DNA of 64,000 bases, taken from positions 18,615 to 82,614 of the forward strand of contig CAZWBB010000004.1 of the NCBI GenBank assembly GCA_964632045.1. The letters are read 5' to 3'. The DNA comes from an uncultured Methanosarcinales archaeon. GTDB taxonomy: Archaea > Nanobdellota > Nanobdellia > Woesearchaeales > GW2011-AR9. A program made the position numbers and the translations under genes. This document shows, in pieces, positions 9,674 to 19,074 of the stretch (its first letter is position 1; every line of letters begins with the position of its first letter). The notes under the pieces were generated by a model. It was not told where the DNA came from. It saw nothing but the letters and a program-made list of their open reading frames with translations, and searched no databases.

Positions 9674-10447
9674 GTGAATATGAAACCTCTTAATCAAGAG
9701 ATTATCGATGGGTGGGTCGTGCTTTTGCAGGAAGCTAGCTATGCTGGGTCCAAGAAAAAACAGATAAGAGAAGGTTATGAGCAACGTTTCGGTGAAGAAA
9801 ACTGGTCGAAAGGACATTATTATGACGAAAAGATCCTCTCCCGTGATGAAACCTATTCTGTCTATGAGGACGGCTACTTCCATTTTCTGAATGACAATCA
9901 GGACATCCTAGAATGGCTTGTAACAACTGCATGTGAAGTTTATGACATCGCTCCCTCCAATGTAGATTCCGGTTTGGATTATTCCGTCCAGGAATGCAAA
10001 GCTACTCACTTACAGGATATTTCAGTGAGAAGAGTAATGAAGCGCTTGGGAAAAGAGTTCCAGGGTGATCATCTGGTGCAGATAAGAGGTCATACTTCTG
10101 AAGGTTACATCCTGAATCCAGGGAAAGTCCCTTTTCACAAACCAGAACTGATACTTCATTCAGACAGGAAGAGCTGGTGGGATAAGGATTCAATAGAAGA
10201 TTTCTATCAGTCCAACAAAGCTCTTTTAGTCAATCCGGAAGTGCTGTCCCTAAGGCCTGTGATTCGGTGTCCTGATGGAGATACTATTTACAGCTACGAT
10301 AAACGAACGTATTATCGCATCTCTGAAGAGCAACCTAGGTTGTTGTGGATAATCAAAGGCAAGAAAGCGCGTCGGCTTCTGCATGAGGATAAGAGGTATA
10401 AGAGATTGCGTGGTGAGGAAAGGAAAGCATATTCTTGTTCTTTGTGA
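9674..10447 (+). CDS. Hypothetical protein
   Basis: 257-aa ORF with TATA-like aaacttataaat upstream; no motif recognised. Confidence 0.75.
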   Translation: MNMKPLNQEIIDGWVVLLQEASYAGSKKKQIREGYEQRFGEENWSKGHYYDEKILSRDETYSVYEDGYFHFLNDNQDILEWLVTTACEVYDIAPSNVDSGLDYSVQECKATHLQDISVRRVMKRLGKEFQGDHLVQIRGHTSEGYILNPGKVPFHKPELILHSDRKSWWDKDSIEDFYQSNKALLVNPEVLSLRPVIRCPDGDTIYSYDKRTYYRISEEQPRLLWIIKGKKARRLLHEDKRYKRLRGEERKAYSCSL

Positions 10448-10457
10448 TTTATGATGA

Positions 10458-10640
10458 CATACCCCGTCGCTCCCGCAGCAAAGCGAGGATTCAAAACGCA
10501 TGGTCGTTTTGTAAGTGGCGGGGTTGGCAGCATGACCAAAAACAGCACCGCAAAATGGTGGCGTTGTATCGTCATACCCCATTGCTTCCGCAACGGAGTG
10601 AGGATTGAAAACGCGTAGTCGTTTTGTAAGCGGTGGGGTT
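10458..10640 (+). repeat. Two copies (10458-10525, 10573-10640) of a 68-nt structured element
   Basis: Gap-free alignment with 12 mismatches; each copy folds into an outer stem enclosing two hairpins. Confidence 0.85.
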
Positions 10641-10763
10641 TTTGATTTTACACATAGGGTGTGCTTTAGAATATTCTGATCATTGCTAAACAGAAAAAAT
10701 AAAACCGAAAGAATTTAAAAGAGATCATCCTCCAACCATAAAAAATCAGACGAGGTCATTATC

Positions 10764-12227
10764 ATGGAACCAAAAATGGGACCACCATCAGAACTGAAGA
10801 AGATTAGCAATACCATCTGGGAGCTACCAACAACTTTCAAAAATGGGATGAGAGTTCCTGGAAGAGTCATAGCAACCGAAGAACTGATCCAATCGATGGA
10901 TGCAGGAGTATTCCAACAACTGAGCAACGTCGCAACCTTGCCGGGAATCCAGAAGTATGCATACTGTATGCCCGACGGTCATTGGGGCTACGGATTTCCC
11001 ATCGGAGGAGTGGCTGCTTTTGACATCAATCAAGGGGGAGTGATCTCACCTGGAGGAGTTGGATTTGATATAAATTGCGGCATCCGTATGATGACTACCA
11101 ACCTTTCAGTGGATGAAGTCAGGCCACGGATCAAAGAAATTGTTGATGCTCTTTATATGAAAGTTCCCGCGGGAGTAGGCTGCAAAGGTTTCGTACAGAT
11201 GGACAGGGAAGAATTCAAAGAAGTATTGAGAGATGGCGGAGCTTGGTGTCTGAAGAAAGGATATGCTACGGAGCATGATGTTGCTCATATCGAGGATAAA
11301 GGGAAGATTCCTGGAGCTGATCCCAGTAAAGTATCTGACAAAGCTATCAGCAGGGGATTCAGGCAAGTGGGCACTCTAGGCAGCGGGAATCATTTCCTGG
11401 AGATACAGCAGGTCAAAGAAGAGAACATTCATGACAAAGAACTTGCTGCAAAGATGGGCATTACTGGAGAAGGGCAGGTTGTGATCATGGTGCACTGCGG
11501 TAGCAGGGGATTAGGTCATCAGATAGGAACAGATTATCTACGCAGGTTCCTTGATGTGATGCCAAAATATGGGATCAGTATCCTGGACCGAGAGTTGGCC
11601 TGTGCCCCTTTTAATTCTCCAGAAGGCAAGGATTACTACGGTGCTATGGCCTGCGCCGCTAACATGGCCTTCGTCAACCGACAGGTGATCACTCATCGCA
11701 TCAGAGAAGTACTGAACCGCTTGTTTGATAAAGAAGTAGAAGTAAAGCTTGTCTATGACGTCTGCCACAACATCGCTAAGGTAGAGAAACACATCATCGA
11801 TGGGGAGGAAAAGGAATTGATCGTCCATCGTAAAGGTGCAACCCGCGCCTTCGGCCCATCTCGAGCAGACGACCTTCCTGAAGATTTCAAAGAGATCGGC
11901 CAACCAGTAATCATCGGTGGCTCCATGGAGACCGGTTCCTGGCTGCTGGTAGGGACGGACGGAGCAGAAGAGACTTTCGCTTCTACAGCACACGGAGCAG
12001 GAAGAGTGATGAGCCGCATGGCAGCGAAAAAGAAGTACCAGGGAGAAGAGCTGCAGAAAGACATGGAGAAGAGAGGGATCTACGTGCATGGTGTTACGAT
12101 GAAAGGTCTGGCTGAAGAAGCAGGTGGGGCATACAAAGATGTTGACATGGTCATCGATTCTCTGGCTAAAGCAGGTATCACTAAACCGGTTGTTGCACTG
12201 AAACCGATCGGGAATGTTAAGGGATGA
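10764..12227 (+). CDS. rtcB: RNA-splicing/repair ligase RtcB, no intein
   Basis: MPDGHWGYGFPIGGV, GFDINCG, GTLGSGNHFLE, HCGSRGLGH, HNIAK, HRKGATRAF, HGAGR, EEA..AYKD, C-terminal IGNVKG. Confidence 0.98.
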   Translation: MEPKMGPPSELKKISNTIWELPTTFKNGMRVPGRVIATEELIQSMDAGVFQQLSNVATLPGIQKYAYCMPDGHWGYGFPIGGVAAFDINQGGVISPGGVGFDINCGIRMMTTNLSVDEVRPRIKEIVDALYMKVPAGVGCKGFVQMDREEFKEVLRDGGAWCLKKGYATEHDVAHIEDKGKIPGADPSKVSDKAISRGFRQVGTLGSGNHFLEIQQVKEENIHDKELAAKMGITGEGQVVIMVHCGSRGLGHQIGTDYLRRFLDVMPKYGISILDRELACAPFNSPEGKDYYGAMACAANMAFVNRQVITHRIREVLNRLFDKEVEVKLVYDVCHNIAKVEKHIIDGEEKELIVHRKGATRAFGPSRADDLPEDFKEIGQPVIIGGSMETGSWLLVGTDGAEETFASTAHGAGRVMSRMAAKKKYQGEELQKDMEKRGIYVHGVTMKGLAEEAGGAYKDVDMVIDSLAKAGITKPVVALKPIGNVKG

Positions 12228-12247
12228 ATAGACGTTGTGGGATTCTA

Positions 12248-12260
12248 CTTTTTTTTTCTT
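12248..12260 (+). terminator. Oligo-T terminator candidate after rtcB
   Basis: T-run about 20 nt after the stop codon. Confidence 0.45.
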
Positions 12261-12375
12261 ATTAACAAAAACATAATTATTTCTCCCATAAGCAGCTCTA
12301 CTGGAGCTTGGCGGGTGTTGCAGATTTCCAATTCATACCAATAATAGTACGAAATGAGATACATTTATATAACAA

Positions 12376-12413
12376 ATACCATTTTTAGGATGAACTAAAA
12401 CCAAAAATGGTAT
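12376..12413. promoter_or_regulatory. Inverted repeat; candidate autoregulatory operator of the HEPN/MNT module
   Basis: ataccattttt (12376-12386) and aaaaatggtat (12403-12413), between TATA-like atttatat and ATG 12407. Confidence 0.6.
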
Positions 12414-12713
12414 CATACGAAGACCTCTTACAAATGCAGTTGATAAAGAGACTGGAAAAAGTTGAGAAAGAGAATTCTAACTTTGTTGGAGGAGGCGAGA
12501 AATGAATATATTTCTTTCACAGTATTGAAGAAGAGGAAGGAAGAGACCCTTCCAATGATACTTAAACAAAGCGCAGACAAAAGAAAGCGATACACATACT
12601 ATTCACAGGAAAGGGATCTACCAAAGGATGATGAGCAGTTGAGTGAAGCGAAAGTATTTTTGGAGTGTGTAGTTAAGCCTTTCTTATCAATAATGGAGAA
12701 ACTAAAGTGTTGA
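12407..12713 (+). pseudogene. Disrupted HEPN-like toxin gene
   Basis: The ATG 12407 frame stops after about 32 codons. A second frame (12462-12713) carries a helical C-terminus with KRKRYTY (Rx4Y) and overlaps the MNT gene start. Confidence 0.5.
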
Positions 12714-13291
12714 TAGAACCAATACTTGGATACAAATCCACTTGGAGAATATTAAGCTTGCTGTTGGAAACACCCAGGAAGCTGGTGAGCAGAAAGGAGC
12801 TTTTTGAATTTACACACCTGGGAAATGAACCTTTAAGTAGAGGTCTGAGTAGGCTGGTCAAAGCAGGATTTCTGATTAGGGAAAAGAATGGTAGAAAAGA
12901 GTTTTACTATGTAAATATTGCAAATGACTACATGGTATTGGCGAAAGAGTTGTGGGAGAAGGAGAGGAGAAGAACCAGGAATCTGGATTATGAAATAAAA
13001 CTGATTGTTTCTGAGTTTGTGCGAATAGTATTGGAATTTCCAGATATTAGAAAAGTAATTTTGTTTGGTTCTCATGCAAAAGGAACCGCTTCTGTAAGAT
13101 CGGACATTGATTTGGCAGTAATCTTTGCTGATGAAAAGAGGGAAGAAACAGAGATTACGAGAATTGTGAAAATCTTGGAAGAGAAATTCAATAAGGAAAT
13201 ACAGGTGCACAGTTTAACTGAGAAGAGTTTTGTCGGAAAAAGTAAGTTGGTTGCCGAGATTAGGAAGGAAGGGATTGTGTTGTTGGGTTAA
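12707..13291 (+). CDS. Winged-HTH plus minimal nucleotidyltransferase (MNT antitoxin-like)
   Basis: N-terminal wHTH pattern; ILFGSHAKG...SDIDLAV; C-terminal EIRKEGIVL. Confidence 0.9.
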   Translation: MLIEPILGYKSTWRILSLLLETPRKLVSRKELFEFTHLGNEPLSRGLSRLVKAGFLIREKNGRKEFYYVNIANDYMVLAKELWEKERRRTRNLDYEIKLIVSEFVRIVLEFPDIRKVILFGSHAKGTASVRSDIDLAVIFADEKREETEITRIVKILEEKFNKEIQVHSLTEKSFVGKSKLVAEIRKEGIVLLG

Positions 13292-13300
13292 TACATTTTA

Positions 13301-13412
13301 TACCACTCGTGGTTGCTGTCAGCAGCTCGCGAACGTTAGTGACCTGGCCACCGAGTCGTTTTCGGTAGAGAACTCACGAACGAAGTGACTTGATGTTGAC
13401 CGGTGGTGGTCA
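13301..13412 (+). other. Multi-hairpin intergenic element
   Basis: Outer accac...gtggt stem enclosing tcgc-gaacgtta-gtga, accga-gtcgttt-tcggt and tcac-gaacgaa-gtga hairpins. Confidence 0.55.
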
Positions 13413-13586
13413 CGTACTTTTGACAGGTTTTGTGTAAGGCACTCCCTCTCTCAAAGAATAATCTTCAATAAGCAGCTCTGCCGTAGCAAGATGTGTCTTC
13501 TATATCTGCCGATGAATCTCTAAAAGCACAAATTTTATAAACATTTTACTATTTCATAGTAATTGCACCTGATAAAAACAAATAAA

Positions 13587-14729
13587 ATGGCTCCCACCAC
13601 CGCTACTGAAGAGAAAACAGGCCGAGATACTGATCTCAGCAGTGACTGGGCCAGATTCTGCGCAAAGCTGGAGAGGTCGGGAATCTACCACGAGTCATCA
13701 ACAGAAAGATATCAACTCAAAGAAGACTTTTCGAAGGATGGCAGCCTCACTTCAGTTGCCTTGTATGCAGACACGGAAGAAGGGAGAGATGTTATCCTGC
13801 GCCAGATTGATTTCCTTAGGGTAGATCCATCACTTCCGGGAGATGTTCTGGAAGCAAAAGTAAACCAAGCCGATAAACTTTTCAAAAGACAAGCCAAAGT
13901 CCTTCCAAAGATCAAACATTCTAACTTGGCTGATGTAGAAGGTTTCTTTGTAAACGGTGCTGGAGAATTCTATATCAAAAGAGAATATGTAGAAGGGAAG
14001 ACATTGCAGGAACTGCTCGATGAAGGGGTACGCTTTTCTGAACCAGAGGTTAAGAAGATCATGCTTGATATTGCTGCAGGAGTTGCCCAGATACATAAGT
14101 ATCAGACCATTCATAGAGATATCAAACCATCAAATGTAGTCATAAACTGCGATGGGAGAGCAGTTGTAACTGATTTCGACCTATTGAGTGACGGTATCCA
14201 GATGAATGGCGGTTCCACCTGCCTGATGGATGGATTTACTGAAGGTTACACTCCTCCGGAAGCAATAGCCAAAATGTATCTGCCACAATATGATGTATAC
14301 TCGTTGGGAGTATTGGGAATCCACCTGACTACCGGAAGGAGTCCTGTCATCGGCGGAAAGATAAATACTCTTAGAGGAGGATCGCCCTGGTTCAATTTCA
14401 GAAAATATTGCCGCATCTCTGAGGGATTTGCGGGAATTTTGGAGAAGATGGTGGAAGCAGATCATGGTAGTAGGCCTAAGAACATGAAAGCTGTGACTAA
14501 GATGTTAGATGGGGTCGAGAGCAATTATGAAAAAGATTCTCCTAAAGCAGGGAATCCAGGAAAACCATCAATCATAAGTGATGTTATTCGGAGGGTGAAG
14601 GGCATGTTCGCCTTCCCGCCTCCTATTGATCCTCATCCTTTACCGCTAGAGTTATTGGCTACCATACTTGTTAGCTCTGCAGGATTGGTCGGGTTGTTTA
14701 TCAGCATTACTATGCTCCATCTGAGATAG
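13587..14729 (+). CDS. Hanks-type Ser/Thr protein kinase with C-terminal TM helix; probably continues into the next ORF via a frameshift
   Basis: EYVEG..L, IHRDIKPSN, TDFD, GYTPPE, DVYSLG; hydrophobic LLATILVSSAGLVGLF. Confidence 0.9.
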   Translation: MAPTTATEEKTGRDTDLSSDWARFCAKLERSGIYHESSTERYQLKEDFSKDGSLTSVALYADTEEGRDVILRQIDFLRVDPSLPGDVLEAKVNQADKLFKRQAKVLPKIKHSNLADVEGFFVNGAGEFYIKREYVEGKTLQELLDEGVRFSEPEVKKIMLDIAAGVAQIHKYQTIHRDIKPSNVVINCDGRAVVTDFDLLSDGIQMNGGSTCLMDGFTEGYTPPEAIAKMYLPQYDVYSLGVLGIHLTTGRSPVIGGKINTLRGGSPWFNFRKYCRISEGFAGILEKMVEADHGSRPKNMKAVTKMLDGVESNYEKDSPKAGNPGKPSIISDVIRRVKGMFAFPPPIDPHPLPLELLATILVSSAGLVGLFISITMLHLR

Positions 14730-14740
14730 AGAAAGCTGCA

Positions 14741-15547
14741 GTGGTACAGACAGACACGGGTTTTACCGCCGCGAGTGAGAATGGAATCATGGAATATTCA
14801 TACTCCCCAGAAGATGATACCGGCAAGAAAGATCTATGTAAATATTTGGATGGGAGACACAAGTGGGAAGGCGAGGAATTACCTATGATCTGGGACTATG
14901 GTTGCGATCTACAAGCAGATGGCATACAGTTATGTCGGGACCTTACAGCAGATAATTGCAGCTTAGCCACTCCAGCCGGAGAACTTAGAAGGGAAGGAAT
15001 AATAGTCGAAGGAGGCAAGGTGAAACTAGTGAATTATGAATCACATGAATTGATCGAGGCCAATCTGCTGCTTTATGAGTGGGACTACCATCGCTTTGCA
15101 GTGGATAATGATATCGGAAATGCGGTAAGAAAGTGGAAGGCCGGAAACCTGGCCCGAGGAATCATGGACGATGAGGCTGTAACGATGGGTGAATCCGGTT
15201 TCTTGTTTGAGCTGCCTAAAGATATGTGGATGGAGTATGGTAGACGCTTCTCATACAGCTATTGGCCAGAGGGAAAATCTGTCTGCATGTTGGTGGATAG
15301 GGGTTTAAGCAGCACTCCTCACAGTCCCATAGACCACGGGTGTGATGGTTCAGTAGAAAAAGTAAGCCTAAGTCGGAAATATGATAATACACGATTTGTT
15401 TCTGAAGGAGAACTGGATCCCAAAATGAGAGTGTCTTATGACGCGAGGCTGCAGCAGGTGATGCAGGATTTTCATACTCCGGAGAGGATAGAAGCGTGGA
15501 AAGAGATATTTGGAAAAGAAGACAAAAAAATGATGTCTAAATTGTGA
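14741..15547 (+). CDS. Hypothetical Cys-containing protein; likely the kinase ectodomain
   Basis: Frame is open from 14675, overlapping the kinase TM; no signal peptide of its own. Confidence 0.65.
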   Translation: MVQTDTGFTAASENGIMEYSYSPEDDTGKKDLCKYLDGRHKWEGEELPMIWDYGCDLQADGIQLCRDLTADNCSLATPAGELRREGIIVEGGKVKLVNYESHELIEANLLLYEWDYHRFAVDNDIGNAVRKWKAGNLARGIMDDEAVTMGESGFLFELPKDMWMEYGRRFSYSYWPEGKSVCMLVDRGLSSTPHSPIDHGCDGSVEKVSLSRKYDNTRFVSEGELDPKMRVSYDARLQQVMQDFHTPERIEAWKEIFGKEDKKMMSKL

Positions 15548-15576
15548 CAACTTCTAATTTACTTCTGGTTATCAGA

Positions 15577-15963
15577 CTATCCCAGCAGATGAATGTCTAA
15601 CATCAGATTTATCTCGTAAGGCAAGCCCAACTTTCCGGTATTGAAACTGTAGCTGCAGCAGGCACCCCCACCGGTACATGGGTCCATAACTCTGCTCGGT
15701 TCGAATACCCCTCGTTGGGTAACGTTGCCATCAGCTAGTCTCTTACCTGGAGCTGGTCTCAAGACGATCAGACCTGCACCATGTTCCGCATTTAGAACTG
15801 GTTCGTCACACTGTGATTCTTGATAGACTCTTGCTGTTAATGATAGGTCGTGTCCATCAATTACCTTGAATGAGATCGGTAATCTCTCCAGCGTCTCTTC
15901 CAACTGTTCCCTTGACAAACGGGATGCCCCTTCGTCGTATCGTACTATTCTGTATTTATCCAT
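15577..15963 (-). CDS. Hypothetical protein
   Basis: ATG 15963 preceded by a GGAGG-type SD. Confidence 0.6.
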   Translation of the reverse strand: MDKYRIVRYDEGASRLSREQLEETLERLPISFKVIDGHDLSLTARVYQESQCDEPVLNAEHGAGLIVLRPAPGKRLADGNVTQRGVFEPSRVMDPCTGGGACCSYSFNTGKLGLPYEINLMLDIHLLG

Positions 15964-15976
15964 GGTAAATCCTCCA

Positions 15977-16660
15977 CTATTGTTTGCCAAAAACATCAGC
16001 AACCCAAATTATATCTTTGCAACTTTTTCTTAGTTTCTTACTTTCTGTTTCGTCATCTGCTATGGTCTTCACCATTGAACATTTTTTGGCTACTTCTCTT
16101 GCCCATCTCTCACCCTTGTGATAGTCATGGTATATTATGCCCATTACTCCTCCCACTGCTCTTAAAGTGACATCTCGGGTCCGGGGATGGTTTTCTCTTT
16201 CCAGACCTTTGGTGAGTGTATCCAGAAATAAATCAACTCTTTTCTCATAATCCTGTTCAGTAAGATTAAGATGACCGATGTATGCGCCTACTAGGTGATA
16301 AGCGCTACTCTTTACCAAAGCATGATGCTCATGGTCAACAATAGCTAGGGCCCAATCTAACATTTTCTGATGGTTTGACTTGTCACTGGCAATCTTTGAT
16401 TCAGTTATATTCCTTACCCACCATGCCGGCAAACCTGTTGAATGGGTGAAATATGTATAGGGATCTCTGTTGTATAGATCGGATTCCAGGTAAACCCTTT
16501 CTTCCAGCTCTGCGAAAGGTTCATCTGAAAGGAAGCATAGAAAGTCCTTTGTAGACTTACCTGGGAACACTTCCGCTTCCATGTATTTACGAATATTAAA
16601 AATGCAATCTCCTTTGTTATTTGCTATTACATCAAATATGTCGTAAGGTATCTCAGTCAT
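15977..16660 (-). CDS. Hypothetical, mostly helical protein
   Basis: ORF of about 228 aa, TATA-like tttataa upstream on the minus strand. Confidence 0.7.
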   Translation of the reverse strand: MTEIPYDIFDVIANNKGDCIFNIRKYMEAEVFPGKSTKDFLCFLSDEPFAELEERVYLESDLYNRDPYTYFTHSTGLPAWWVRNITESKIASDKSNHQKMLDWALAIVDHEHHALVKSSAYHLVGAYIGHLNLTEQDYEKRVDLFLDTLTKGLERENHPRTRDVTLRAVGGVMGIIYHDYHKGERWAREVAKKCSMVKTIADDETESKKLRKSCKDIIWVADVFGKQ

Positions 16661-16745
16661 AAAGAATTCACAGGGCATCCTGTTTTATAAACTTTTCGCT
16701 ACTTGCGAGGAGATACAGGTATTTGTGAAAAATGGTGTAGAATTC

Positions 16746-17174
16746 CTAAGGCAATTTCCTTACAGCGTTCTTAAACGTCACCAATTCTATCAAGTCTGGA
16801 TGGATGGCGATGACATCCTTAAAAGAAATTATCCCGGTAAGTCTTCCTCCCACTACAACTGGCAGATGTTTGACCTGCTTCTTTCCCATCAGAACGACAG
16901 CTTCATAGATATCCTTATCTGGAAGGACCGAGTGAAGTTTACTTGACATGATCTCCGAAACAGCCGTCATCTCCGGATCGATTCCCTGAGCCACAACTTT
17001 CCTGGCTAGGTCTTGTTCCGTGATAATTCCTATCGGTTCCTCACCTTCCATCACGACGAGACTGCCTATCTTCTTTCTGGCCATGCTCTGAGCTGCCGAG
17101 GTTATATTTTCGGTGCCTTGTATCGCAGATGGTTCGCGGGTCATTACTTCTCCAACTGAATAACCGGTTTTCAT
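16746..17174 (-). CDS. CBS domain pair protein
   Basis: VGEVMTRE, IGSLVV, GIITEQDL, VSEIMS, HLPVV, GIISFKD. Confidence 0.95.
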   Translation of the reverse strand: MKTGYSVGEVMTREPSAIQGTENITSAAQSMARKKIGSLVVMEGEEPIGIITEQDLARKVVAQGIDPEMTAVSEIMSSKLHSVLPDKDIYEAVVLMGKKQVKHLPVVVGGRLTGIISFKDVIAIHPDLIELVTFKNAVRKLP

Positions 17175-17425
17175 GTTGTAGAAGGAATGAAAATTAATTT
17201 AAATAGTTTCTGGAAGAAGGAGACAAGGAATCGTGTTATTTTGGAGTAGCAAGTATATATGGTCTTTACCTCCCAGGGGGACGGTATTTGTTTTTTTGCT
17301 GCAAAAAATTTATTAAGTTCTATCCTCCATAAGTATTTAGGGGTCATGAAGGAACAATATTTGGAAGATATGTAAAGATACTTTCCCCTTTGAGATAGAA
17401 ACCTCTTATTTACCATCAACTAACA

Positions 17426-19072
17426 ATGGCTGAATCATTTGCCCATCTTGAGAATATCTGTAATGCCCTCTTCAACAAATTGGAGAAGGATAATATTCCT
17501 CATCGGTTAGATAGATCCCAATCTCAGACAATTGGCACTTTGTACCATGACTATCATGAGAATGCAATATTACAGCATAAATTTTCATCATTCTTTGATT
17601 TCCTCAATGAGCTGCTTGCCTGGTCATATGGATTGCAACTGAATGTTGAAGCTGCACTGAAAGGACGACCAACTTTTACAGAAGTTACACCGTTACCTGA
17701 TCAGTTCTCAGGGAAAGTCGACCTCTTTTGCTTGATCGATGTGACCTACCAAGAGTATGAGATTAAAAACAAGCAGTATAATTTCCAGAAGAAAAGAAAA
17801 GTATTGATTGATGGCAAGAAAAAGTTGCTTGTGGCCTCATTCAACGATAATTTCTGGGATAATATCTATAACGACTTTGACAGTTATGAAGGTGGAGATG
17901 GAAAAGATATCTGTATCTTCAACAGATCAAAGCATAGCATTGGTTCATACCTCCATTGTGCCGAGGCAAATGTTAATTACCTAGATATCAAGTGTGATGA
18001 GTTAGATCTGAATCCAATCTGCAGGGCTATACTTCTTCTGGGTTTTGGAGTTGGAGGGTATTCTAAGAAGCATGCTAACAGCAGGCCTAGCAGGTATGTG
18101 GTAGTTGATGGAGTATTGGGCAACTTTGTTGATTTGGAAGATTCTGCAAAGAGAGAAGTGTATAAGCTGATGTGGGATTCGATTAGATCCTTTTCGTTCA
18201 AGAGAAAGTTCAATGTTCTCCTGAATACTTTCCACTCCGTGAATCAACCTGAACCTGATGAGTTTGTTGAATTTGTAAAGAATGTAGAAAGGAAGAAAAT
18301 ATTTGAAGAGATGAGTGTACATGAGGAGAATGGCATCCAATACACACATGAGCTAGTATTCCTTGACAATTCTGACATTGTCCAACGTTGTTCAAATATG
18401 GACAAAGAGAGATTTTTCTATCATGGCGAGCAATATTCAGATACATTCCATGCTATCAACAAAAGTCTGCTTCCCAAAGCAGGACATCCTGGTTCATTTT
18501 TCAAATTGGGGGGCTATGTCAAATGCTTGGAATTTAAGAACGTAGAGAGTCCGGAGGCACACAAGAGAACGAGGATACAAGGATGTCTAATTCTGTCAAT
18601 CGCTTCTATATTGATGTTAGGTAAATGCTATTCTTGTCTTACGGGGACTGAAACATTGGGCGGAAGGAAAGTGAACAATTATTATACCTATATGGACACA
18701 GCTGGAGAAAAGCAGTTACCTCATCTACGGCAGGAAATAGAAGAGACCGCATGGCACGAATGTTCTGGTTATCTGTCAGGTGAGTTCCTTGTCTGTAAAG
18801 CAGAGCATAATTGCGCTTCTAGATATCAGGATGAATGCTTAAAAGGAACAATCGATGTAGAGATACCTTTGAGGTCAATCGTAAACGTTAGTTACGTTAC
18901 CAAAGGTTTTTTTGGCTACCCTTGTCTGCAGGTTTCAATTGACCATCTAAGAAATGGCAGGGTAGACAATCTGCCTCTGGCCCCCATAAAGTTGCGGACG
19001 GAGGAGGGAGCGAAGCATTTAATCAGGCTGATTTCAAGATACCCCGTCGATAAACAAAGAGATGGAGAGTAG
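17426..19072 (+). CDS. Hypothetical protein with possible C-terminal PH-like module
   Basis: 548-aa ORF ending in EIPLRSIVNV..KGFFG..LQVSI...IKLRTEEGAKHLIRLI. Confidence 0.75.
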   Translation: MAESFAHLENICNALFNKLEKDNIPHRLDRSQSQTIGTLYHDYHENAILQHKFSSFFDFLNELLAWSYGLQLNVEAALKGRPTFTEVTPLPDQFSGKVDLFCLIDVTYQEYEIKNKQYNFQKKRKVLIDGKKKLLVASFNDNFWDNIYNDFDSYEGGDGKDICIFNRSKHSIGSYLHCAEANVNYLDIKCDELDLNPICRAILLLGFGVGGYSKKHANSRPSRYVVVDGVLGNFVDLEDSAKREVYKLMWDSIRSFSFKRKFNVLLNTFHSVNQPEPDEFVEFVKNVERKKIFEEMSVHEENGIQYTHELVFLDNSDIVQRCSNMDKERFFYHGEQYSDTFHAINKSLLPKAGHPGSFFKLGGYVKCLEFKNVESPEAHKRTRIQGCLILSIASILMLGKCYSCLTGTETLGGRKVNNYYTYMDTAGEKQLPHLRQEIEETAWHECSGYLSGEFLVCKAEHNCASRYQDECLKGTIDVEIPLRSIVNVSYVTKGFFGYPCLQVSIDHLRNGRVDNLPLAPIKLRTEEGAKHLIRLISRYPVDKQRDGE

Positions 19073-19074
19073 GT

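Noticed and set aside
10250..10593. Minus-strand ORFs over the structured repeat
   Set aside because: They overlap a real gene and the repeat, and have no protein-like features
10458..10640. CRISPR array or tRNA genes
   Set aside because: Only two 68-nt imperfect units, no cas genes, and no T-loop or anticodon-arm consensus
10764..12227. Intein in RtcB
   Set aside because: Length (487 aa) and motif spacing are normal
17171..17419. 82-aa ORF upstream of the CBS gene
   Set aside because: Spans an AT-rich divergent promoter region; probably spurious
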